DNA from: Sedimentisphaerales bacterium
GTDB lineage: Bacteria > Planctomycetota > Phycisphaerae > Sedimentisphaerales > SM23-30
DNA: 64,000 bases
Reading direction: 5' to 3'
Assembly: GCA_963663805.2 (NCBI GenBank)
Contig: CAXXMR010000020.1
Span: forward strand, 64,001-128,000
In this document: positions 43,209 through 51,292 of the stretch, in pieces
How the letters are laid out: each line of letters opens with the position of its first letter
Numbering within the stretch: the stretch's first letter is position 1
The notes under the pieces: model-generated
What the model was told of the DNA's origin: nothing
Seen by the model: the letters and a program-made list of their open reading frames with translations, nothing else
Database searches by the model: none
Translations under genes and position numbers: made by a program

Positions 43209-43267
43209 CCGAGACGTCAGAAATATATTGATGCTGCTGAGGAGTTTTTAAAATGAAACAGTTACCA
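43209..43267 (+). repeat. 59-bp copy of the cassette-1 toxin/Imm26 junction (34033-34091)
   Basis: 58/59 identical. Confidence 0.92.
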
Positions 43268-44572
43268 GGGCGAATTAAAGGTCCCCGGTACATTTTTTGA
43301 TACAATGCTCTTTGACAATTGAATAAGGTTTGAAGTTCTGACCGATGACCGCGGCAGCGTTATGGGGCTGGTCAAGGAAGACGGTACGCTGGTTGAGCAG
43401 CTATACTACAACTCAACCGGTCTGTGCAAATCCTGGGATCCCTCCGGCGGCGGCAGCTGGAATACTCATCCGGACAATGCCGCTTACAATATCGGCTGCA
43501 GCGTGCATGGCATCCCCTTCGGTTACCTGGGCATGTACCACGATCCCTTCACCGGGAAATACCATACCCACTACCGCGAATACGACCCCGTCCACGCCCG
43601 CTGGCTCAGCGAAGACCCGGCCGGATACGCCGATGGTCTGAATCTTTATAATGCCTATATGGGTGTTAATGGGATTGATCCGTTGGGGCTGGAAATATCC
43701 AAACGGGAGATGATGGAAGCGTACAGCGATATCTTCGGTTATGACGACATCCTATTGCGAGCATTTATAGCTTCCGGCCATAGTTTTGATATGGGGGATG
43801 TTCTGGGCGATTGGGATGTTGACCGCTCTTGGTTCACTAAAGGCCAGCCATTAGACATCGAAATCGAGGAAGACCTTGATGCTGTAACCGCCGCTTTTTA
43901 TCTCCGAAAAGCTTTCTTTCAGGCTTTGGGCGATAGCCGGGAAATGCGTAAGAATGTTCTTTCCATGAAATACGGCTCTAATGACCCCGGGGCCTTCAAA
44001 GGTTCGGATTCTTACTTTAGGGCAGGTGAATGGGCCGCAGAACTGAAACAGTTAGAAGCAATTGCCGCCGCCAATATGTCCGTAGATGCTGCCGCCATGG
44101 CGGAGGCCTACTTTAGCATACCGGCGATTATGAGCGAAGGAGCCGATTTTGTCAGCACTGTCGCCGAAGTCTGCAATGGAAACTACTACGCCCTTGCCGG
44201 CCTACTACCCTTTGTACCCTCAACAGTCAAAATGGTTGACAATGCTACTAATCTTTGTAGGATTGGAAGCAAATATGATATTGGGGAATATAAAGCACTC
44301 CGCGATGTCGCGGAGAAAGGGCTTGATGCACATCATGTTGGACAAAAAGCTGCGATGAAGAAGTTTATTCCTGAATATGACATTAAAACAGGACCGTCAA
44401 TCCTGGTACCCCGTCAGGGGCATACACATAGAGGTCCTCGAGGAATTGTATCGCGAAAAATAAATGGACTCAATTCGGCCAGAGAAATTCTTGCTAGAGA
44501 TATTTCAGAACTCAGAAGGGGTTATCCAGATATTCCTAACTCGCAGCTCAAAAAACTGATTGAACTTAATAA

Positions 44573-45927
44573 CTCAAACTGACCGATATTATGCCACAAG
44601 GAGTTTTTCCAGGCGGCGGACAACTTTTTTATCATGCGAAACTTTAATAACATTTTGCACTTCCTGATCCCAGACAATCTCCTGCATTCGGGTTTTGAGT
44701 TGGCTGATCGGCGGCAGAGACAGCATATTCTTGGTATCGTTTTTATGGCCTTGTGCACGTTGGTCATTCAGGCCAACATGGGTCAGGCAGGCATAGGCAC
44801 TATCAACCAGGGACAGGTGTCTAACTATCGCCCGGTACCGCCAAACACGGTAATCGCCCAGCCCCAGATGCTGTTTCTGTTCTTTGATCATCACCTCAAT
44901 CGCCCAGCGTTTGAGATAGCGGCTGACAATTTTCTTCATCGACAAGCGCAGGTCATTCGTAACCAGGGCAATTACATTACGATCGTTCCGGCGTTTGGAG
45001 AACACAACTTTAACCTCACCAAGTTTATTCATCACTCCGACACGCTGAGCGAGTTTATAGGAGGAGGTTTTACGCAGCCCCTTAATGCTCTGCCAACTGC
45101 CGGTTCGGTTCAAAATATTCTTACCGTATTTGCCAATCTTATGTTTGGTCGAATTAACGGTAAGCCAGCGATTCGACTTGCTAACCCCAATATAACGCCA
45201 TTTCCTTGCTTTACAGGCATTGACAACCGCAGGACAAAGATAGAACGCATCGAACAAAACAGTGACATCAAATTTCTCGGGAATTTCTGCTGTCCGAACA
45301 ATTTGCCCGGCCAGTTCCGTAAGTTTTTGGAAGGGAACCTTAAGTTCTTTGACATGTTCTTTTTTGACGTACAGCCAGGAACCCAAAGGTATAGTTACGC
45401 CTCGGTAAAACAGACAAGCTTTGACAATGGTATGGCCCATGCAGTATTTCCCGGAGGCATGATGATGTATCTTGCCGACCGCCTGCATCTTCTTGGCCCG
45501 CTTGATCGTTTGAGTGTCGTCGATAATCAGCAGACAGTCTTTGCATCCTTTTTTGTAGAGCCGTTTGAGCATTCCGACAGCCTGACCTTTAACCACAGCC
45601 ATCTCGTCAAAGTCACTGCGCCAAAGAAATTCACCGTGATTGGTGCGGTGAGTAGCATTGCGCAAGAGCTTTACCAGCCTGTCGATGGTACTACCGTGGC
45701 TGATACAAATAGCAATCACCATATTGCAATAATAAGAATAAACGTGAGCCGAAACCAGGCTTTTGGTCGGCCGAAAAAAAGTTTTGACTTTTTGAGGAAT
45801 TTTGCCGATAGTAAGCATAAGGTCTCCTTGCCAGTAAATGTTGGTTTGCACTACATTTATCGGCTCGAAAGGCCTTTTTTGTTCAACTATCAATACCATC
45901 AAAATCCCTTCAATCGGTCAGTTTGAG
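44573..45927 (-). mobile_element. IS701-like element, copy 1
   Basis: IRs ctcaaactgaccgat / atcggtcagtttgag; TTAATAA on both sides. Confidence 0.88.
44589..45902 (-). CDS. IS701-like DDE transposase
   Basis: IIDDT..KRAKKM, LFDAFY, YLKRWAIEVMIKEQKQHLGL; the true start may be the internal MLTIG. Confidence 0.88.
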   Translation of the reverse strand: MMVLIVEQKRPFEPINVVQTNIYWQGDLMLTIGKIPQKVKTFFRPTKSLVSAHVYSYYCNMVIAICISHGSTIDRLVKLLRNATHRTNHGEFLWRSDFDEMAVVKGQAVGMLKRLYKKGCKDCLLIIDDTQTIKRAKKMQAVGKIHHHASGKYCMGHTIVKACLFYRGVTIPLGSWLYVKKEHVKELKVPFQKLTELAGQIVRTAEIPEKFDVTVLFDAFYLCPAVVNACKARKWRYIGVSKSNRWLTVNSTKHKIGKYGKNILNRTGSWQSIKGLRKTSSYKLAQRVGVMNKLGEVKVVFSKRRNDRNVIALVTNDLRLSMKKIVSRYLKRWAIEVMIKEQKQHLGLGDYRVWRYRAIVRHLSLVDSAYACLTHVGLNDQRAQGHKNDTKNMLSLPPISQLKTRMQEIVWDQEVQNVIKVSHDKKVVRRLEKLLVA

Positions 45928-45976
45928 TTAATAAGCAAAAATACCCTATTATGAGAATCAGAAAGAATCCTTAATA

Positions 45977-46327
45977 ATGAATGATTATGAATTCGTCAAA
46001 GAAATCCGAAATGACATTATCGCGCATTATCTAAAAGATTGCTGTGATATGTTTAAAAACACAGACATTAAAGATGCAACTGATCCATATTGGCAAACCG
46101 CCCTAAAATTCTTTGCAGAGTTAGATGATTCTCAAAAACAAATATTATTTCGGATTATAAGACAAGTTACGGTTGATACTACAGCCACTTTGTTTGCTGT
46201 ACTTGATGGAGTAACAGCTCCATTGGGTGGCTATAAAGGAGATTTCGAATTACTTGTCGATGGAACAAACATCGCCGGTGACCTTGCCGATATTTTCCTT
46301 GCGGCTGAAGAAGAGGAGGGGGCGTAG
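45977..46327 (+). CDS. Putative immunity protein of cassette 4
   Basis: Small acidic low-GC ORF starting immediately after the restored toxin stop. Confidence 0.7.
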   Translation: MNDYEFVKEIRNDIIAHYLKDCCDMFKNTDIKDATDPYWQTALKFFAELDDSQKQILFRIIRQVTVDTTATLFAVLDGVTAPLGGYKGDFELLVDGTNIAGDLADIFLAAEEEEGA

Positions 46328-46879
46328 TGCGACTAAAGGTCCCCGGTACATTTTTTGATACAATGCTCTTTGACAAGGTTCTTCTGAATAATTTGTGGGT
46401 ATTTTATCCTTGGGGCTCTGCCCCAAACCCCGCCATTTAGCCTCCAGCCTTTGGGCGAGAGAGGGCGGATTGGCGGATTGTGGGCGAATTAAAGGTCCCC
46501 GGTACATTTTTTGATACAATGCTCTTTAACAATTGAATAAGGTAAATCGGTCGCAGATAATCAGATAGATGTATCTGGATCAGAAATCAGAGTTCAGATG
46601 TCAGAGATCAGCAGAAAAAAACTTGAACCACAAAACACACTAAACACCCGAAAGTAATACATTTCTTTTTTTCGCGTAATCAGTGTAATCCGCGGTTAAA
46701 TCAGTTTTCAGAATTCAGAGTTCAGCCCTCAGCAGTACAAAGAAGTTGACGGATAAGGCATATTTAGAGTCTTATAACTGACATCTGACCGCTGATGTCT
46801 GATTTCTGACTGCAAGTCTCATAAAATCAGCCCTGCGGATACTGAAATCGACATGCTGACCGATAACTCCAATCTGCTT

Positions 46880-47160
46880 TGCTCCAATGTCAATTGACTT
46901 TGCTCCCAAGTAAATTGACTTTGCTCTTAAGTAGATTGACTTAGCTCCAAAGTAAATTGACTTTGCCCCCAAGTAGATTGACTTTACTCCTAAGTAAATT
47001 GACTTTGCTCCCAAGTAAATTGACTTTGCTCCTAAGTAGATTGACTTTACTCCCAAGTAAATTGACTTTGCCCCTAAGTAGATTGACTTTGCCCCCAAGT
47101 AGATTGACTTAGTTACTGAATAGATTGACTTGGCTTCTAAGTGAATTGACTTTGTTCCAT
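46880..47160. repeat. Tandem array of 13 x 21-bp units (GAKSIYL heptads on the minus strand)
   Basis: attgactt recurs every 21 bp from 46893 to 47145; open ORF 46772-47194 (-). Confidence 0.9.
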
Positions 47161-47430
47161 TGCAAGTCTGCATCATTTCAATGTAAATCCGCAAAACCCC
47201 GGTTCAGATTAACAATATCCCTTTGCCGATAAACTTTGCCATTCGGGCAGGTTCTGGGTTATTTTTCGCAACCATCCGGGGGTTCGCGTCGTCCGGCTAT
47301 GCGTTATTACGAATCCCCTTTGAGGTCTTTAACATCAACGGTGGGTGTTCCGGCAGGGCTGGTTTTGTTTTTTAATCTGGTTTTGGGTACAAGGTTGGGT
47401 GAAGGTGGAGGGGGCGGTTGCTTACGCGAC

Positions 47431-48249
47431 TCAGCTTTTGTTGGTTGGGGTGTGGCTGAGGTCGCGAAAGACTTTGGGGGATAGTATTCCATAGGGGTTG
47501 AAGCTGCTTTTTATGGTAATTCTTATGGCCAGGAAAATTGTGATGGCGGTGCCGGAGAAGATGGCGATCATAATCATAATTTGATATTTAATAGCGGTAA
47601 ACGGGTCGGTTCCGGCGAGTATTACTCCGGTCATCATGCCGGGCAGGGCGACCAGGCCTATGGTTGCCATCGACGCGATTGTCGGGGCCAGGGCGGTGCG
47701 CAGAGCTTCACGAAAAAACGGGCTTAAGGCTTCGGTCAGGCCGGCACCATAGGCGAGCGATTGCTGATATGATTTCTGGTTCCGGTCGATTGCCTGATAG
47801 AAGTTGTTAAGGCCGATTATGTCCGCACGCAGGCAATTGCCCAGAATCATGCCGACCAGCGGGATAACGTATTGTGCGTCCAGCAGACTGGGGATACGCA
47901 GGACCGGACCTACAAAAACTATTGTGGGGATGAGGGTGCCCGCTGCTAAAGCAATGCATAAGGGCAGCAGAAATCTTTTTACGTTGAGCTTGCATCCTTT
48001 AAGGATAGAAATGTCGGCGGCGGTAATCATTACGGCCATCCAGACGAGGTTCAGTAAGGCGTTGTTGAGTTTGAAAACTACCTGGAGATACAGACCTACA
48101 AAGAGCAGTTGCAGGGTCATTCTTATAATAGCCATGGTGGTTTCCCTCAACATGGGGACGCGCAGATAAAGCATTATCGCCAAAGGGAAAATAAGAAGCA
48201 GATAACCACCGGCGAGGCTCCCTAAGCTGATGTCAAGGATCGGGTCCAT
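47431..48249 (-). CDS. FetB/UPF0014-family ABC permease
   Basis: RMTLQLLFVG, IPLVGMILGN, GLVALPGMMTGVILAG.DP..AIKYQI. Confidence 0.88.
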   Translation of the reverse strand: MDPILDISLGSLAGGYLLLIFPLAIMLYLRVPMLRETTMAIIRMTLQLLFVGLYLQVVFKLNNALLNLVWMAVMITAADISILKGCKLNVKRFLLPLCIALAAGTLIPTIVFVGPVLRIPSLLDAQYVIPLVGMILGNCLRADIIGLNNFYQAIDRNQKSYQQSLAYGAGLTEALSPFFREALRTALAPTIASMATIGLVALPGMMTGVILAGTDPFTAIKYQIMIMIAIFSGTAITIFLAIRITIKSSFNPYGILSPKVFRDLSHTPTNKS

Positions 48250-48919
48250 TTTTTTCTCCGAAGATATTATTATGTTCGCGTATGTCGATTTTACGGGATG
48301 CGAAGTCAAGCCATTCGGTGTCGTGGGAAACAGAAAGGACGGTAATATTATCAGTCTGCCGGAAATAATCAGCGACGATTTGTTTGTTTTCTTTATCAAG
48401 TGCCGCAGAAGCCTCATCAAGCAGGACGATGGAGCGGTCCAGCAGGATGGCAGTAACTAAAGCGATTCGTTGTTTTTCACCTCCTGAAAGTATAGAGATT
48501 TTTTTGGCCAGTAAACTTTGGGGGAGGTTGAATTTGTTCATTATCTCTGGTAATAGGTTAAGATTGTCGCGCAGGTGGAGATTGGCTTTGTAGCCGAAAG
48601 GTTTTTCGATGATGTCACTTACGGTTCCGGTCCCGAGGTCCGGTTCCTGAGCAACGTAGGCAAGTTGTTGTCTGATTTTCCAGATATTGTGGCTGTTTAA
48701 TGGTTGGCCATGTATTTTGATTGAGCCGGCATCGGGTGTTACCAGGCCCAGCAGACATTTAAGCACGGTTGATTTGCCTGAACCGGAGGGGCCGGTGAGG
48801 GTGACTTTTTCGCCGGGAACCAGGGCCAGGGAAAAGTTTTTAAGTACCCATTGGCTGTCGAAGGTTACCTCTAAACCGTTAACTTCGATAGCAGGGGTTG
48901 TTTTAGGGTAACTGTTCAC
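48233..48919 (-). CDS. ABC ATP-binding protein (FetA-like)
   Basis: GPSGSGKST, LSGGEKQR, LLDEASAALD. Confidence 0.88.
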   Translation of the reverse strand: MNSYPKTTPAIEVNGLEVTFDSQWVLKNFSLALVPGEKVTLTGPSGSGKSTVLKCLLGLVTPDAGSIKIHGQPLNSHNIWKIRQQLAYVAQEPDLGTGTVSDIIEKPFGYKANLHLRDNLNLLPEIMNKFNLPQSLLAKKISILSGGEKQRIALVTAILLDRSIVLLDEASAALDKENKQIVADYFRQTDNITVLSVSHDTEWLDFASRKIDIREHNNIFGEKNGPDP

Positions 48920-49099
48920 GGGTAATTTCTTTGGCCCTTTCGGGGCTTGTGGTTTTTTTATTCTCCGTCCGCTTACGCCGCTCGGCTTCTGTGGGCCTGA
49001 CGTTATCTTCCATTATCCTGGGTGGGGCGGTAATGTCAAGCGGTTGGCGGTGGGGAAAATAGAATGGCATTTTGCGTTTGAAAAGGGTATTTTGATAGT

Positions 49100-50644
49100 A
49101 TGATATATTTGACAGTACCTATTTTAGTAGAGAGTTCGGAACAGGCGGTCGCTGATATTTCTCGGGCGGCGGAGTTGGGGGCGGAGATGGTGGAGCTGCG
49201 GATTGATTATCTGTGTCGTTATGACGGGGATGTGGTTCGGGCGGTGGTAGGGGCGGCCAAGAAGCTGGGGCTGGCGGTTTTGGCAACCTGTCGGGCCAAC
49301 TGGGAAGGCGGGAAGTTCGGCCAGGGCGAGAAGTCGCGGGCGATGATGTTTAAGGCGGCGGTCCGGGCGGGGGCTGATTATATTGATATTGAGCTGGCTT
49401 GCCGGGCCGAAGGTGAGATTAAGGCTGCCGAGCTGGCCGCTGAGGGTGATGTCAGGGTTATTTTGAGCAGTCATGATTTTGAGAAGCGGCCGGCGGATTT
49501 AGCCCAGCGGGTGGCGGTGATGGTTGAACGCGGGGCGGATGTTGCCAAGGTCGCTTACAAAGCTGAACGGATTTGTGATTGTTTTGACGCGATAGATATT
49601 TATCGTTCGGAGTCTCAGGCGGGTCGTCAGGCTATTGCTCTGGCGATGGGTGAGGCGGGGGTTATGACGCGGCAGCTGGCGAAAAAGCTGGGCGGGAAGC
49701 TGACGTTTGCGGCGCTGGGTGAGGGGCTTGGTTCGGCGGCGGGTCAGGTTACGATAGAGCAGATGCGGAGTTTGTATCGCTGGGACGCTATGGGGGCGGA
49801 TACGCAGGTTTTCGGGGTGATTGGCGACCCGGTGGGTCATTCGCTGAGTCCGGCTTTGCATAACGCGGCTTTTGATGCTACGGGTTATAACGGGATTTAT
49901 CTGCCGCTTTTGGTTGAGGGGACGTGGGAAGAATTTCGGAATTTTATGGATGGGACGCGGCAGCGGCCCTGGCTTGGTCTGCGCGGGTTGAGTGTTACGA
50001 TACCGCATAAGGAAAACGCGTTGCGGTATGTGCGGGAAAACGGGGGGCAGCTTGAGCCTTTGGCGGAGAAGATCGGGTCGGTCAATACCCTGCTGATTGA
50101 TGAGGCTGGCAAGGTCAGCGGGTTTAATACTGATTATGCCGGGGCGCTGGGGGCGGTGCTTGATGGTGCGGGGTTAGTGAAGTCTGATTTGAAGGGAATG
50201 TCGGCGGCGATAATAGGGGCAGGCGGGGTGGCGCGGGCGTTAGCGGCAGGGCTTTGTGACGCGGGTGCTGAGGTTACGATTTATAACCGTACGGTTGAGC
50301 GGGCGGAGAAGCTGGCTGAGGATTTTGGCTGTAAATGGGCCGGAGTCGAAGGGCTGGCAAATCTGGAGGCGAAGCTGATAGTAAACTGTACCAGTCTGGG
50401 GATGCATCCGGCGGTTGAGGGCTGTGCGGTGCCGGAAGGGGTACTCACGAAAGATATGATAGTATTTGATACGGTTTATAATCCGGTGGAGACACGTTTG
50501 CTGAAGCTGGCGAGGTCCGTTGGTGCGACTGTGGTGGATGGGGTGAGTATGTTTGTTAGGCAGGGTGCGGCACAGTTTGAGATGTTTACGGGGCGGCCAG
50601 CGCCGCTTGAGGTTATGCGGGAGATTTTTGATTCAAGGCAATAG
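49100..50644 (+). CDS. aroE: Fused type I 3-dehydroquinate dehydratase / shikimate dehydrogenase
   Basis: [48 protein letters not shown]. Confidence 0.92.
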   Translation: MIYLTVPILVESSEQAVADISRAAELGAEMVELRIDYLCRYDGDVVRAVVGAAKKLGLAVLATCRANWEGGKFGQGEKSRAMMFKAAVRAGADYIDIELACRAEGEIKAAELAAEGDVRVILSSHDFEKRPADLAQRVAVMVERGADVAKVAYKAERICDCFDAIDIYRSESQAGRQAIALAMGEAGVMTRQLAKKLGGKLTFAALGEGLGSAAGQVTIEQMRSLYRWDAMGADTQVFGVIGDPVGHSLSPALHNAAFDATGYNGIYLPLLVEGTWEEFRNFMDGTRQRPWLGLRGLSVTIPHKENALRYVRENGGQLEPLAEKIGSVNTLLIDEAGKVSGFNTDYAGALGAVLDGAGLVKSDLKGMSAAIIGAGGVARALAAGLCDAGAEVTIYNRTVERAEKLAEDFGCKWAGVEGLANLEAKLIVNCTSLGMHPAVEGCAVPEGVLTKDMIVFDTVYNPVETRLLKLARSVGATVVDGVSMFVRQGAAQFEMFTGRPAPLEVMREIFDSRQ

Positions 50645-50690
50645 CGGTCTGTTGTCTTTAGTTTTGGTTACTGATGTTGAGGGCTTGGTT

Positions 50691-51281
50691 ATGCTCAAGG
50701 AATTTATGGCGGCCTTTGTGCCTTTGTTTGTAGCGGTTGACGCTGTTGGCATTCTTCCTTTGTTCATGGCTTTGACAGAGAGGATGAATCGAGATGATCG
50801 GCAGCGTACAGTCAGGCAGTCGGTTATTACGGCTTTACTGGTGGCGGTGGGTTTTATTTTTCTGGGCAAGAGTGTATTTCGACTGATGGGGATAACGGTA
50901 TATGATTTTATGGCAGCGGGAGGTGTGCTGCTGTTTATTATAGCGACGCTGGATTTGGTGAGCGGGCGGAAATATGCCCGGAATGTAGAAGCTATCGGTG
51001 TGGTGCCGTTGGGGGTGCCGCTGATAGTCGGTCCGGCAGTGCTGACGACCAGCCTGATGATGGAAAGTGTTTGTGGGTTGAGTATGACGCTGGCGGCGTT
51101 GGTCGTTAATATAATACTGGCGGCGGTAGTTCTGCTGAGCTCGAATTTCTGGACGAGGATACTGGGCAAGGCCGGTTCGCGGGCGGTGTCGAAGGTTGCC
51201 AGTTTGATTCTGGCGGCAATTGCGGTGATGATGATACGAAAGGGGTTGACGGGGATTATCGCTGGTTCAGGGCAGATGTGA
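50691..51281 (+). CDS. MarC-family membrane protein
   Basis: PLFVAVDAVG, AGGVLLF, VVPLGVPLIVGPA. Confidence 0.9.
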   Translation: MLKEFMAAFVPLFVAVDAVGILPLFMALTERMNRDDRQRTVRQSVITALLVAVGFIFLGKSVFRLMGITVYDFMAAGGVLLFIIATLDLVSGRKYARNVEAIGVVPLGVPLIVGPAVLTTSLMMESVCGLSMTLAALVVNIILAAVVLLSSNFWTRILGKAGSRAVSKVASLILAAIAVMMIRKGLTGIIAGSGQM

Positions 51282-51292
51282 TAGTGTCAGCA

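Larger units (their letters stand above)
43362..45974 (+). pseudogene. Orphan RHS cassette 4 with HNH-like (DAHH) nuclease tip, interrupted by IS701
   Basis: DPLGL; pre-toxin region shared with cassette 2; GLDAHHVGQKA...GH; removing the IS restores KKLIELNKQKYPIMRIRKNP* (stop 45972-45974). Confidence 0.8.

Noticed and set aside
44634..45926. 430-aa ORF on + (and its twin 60656-61948 on -)
   Set aside because: Antisense shadow of the IS701 transposase with no recognisable motifs.
34550..46550. Integron with attC sites
   Set aside because: No IntI tyrosine recombinase, and the repeats lack the RYYYAAC...GTTRRRY organisation.
46880..47160. CRISPR array
   Set aside because: Units are contiguous 21-mers with no unique spacers and there are no cas genes.
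46395..47470. Small ORFs around the right edge of the RHS island
   Set aside because: They are translations of REP-like repeat mosaics without RBS or motif support.
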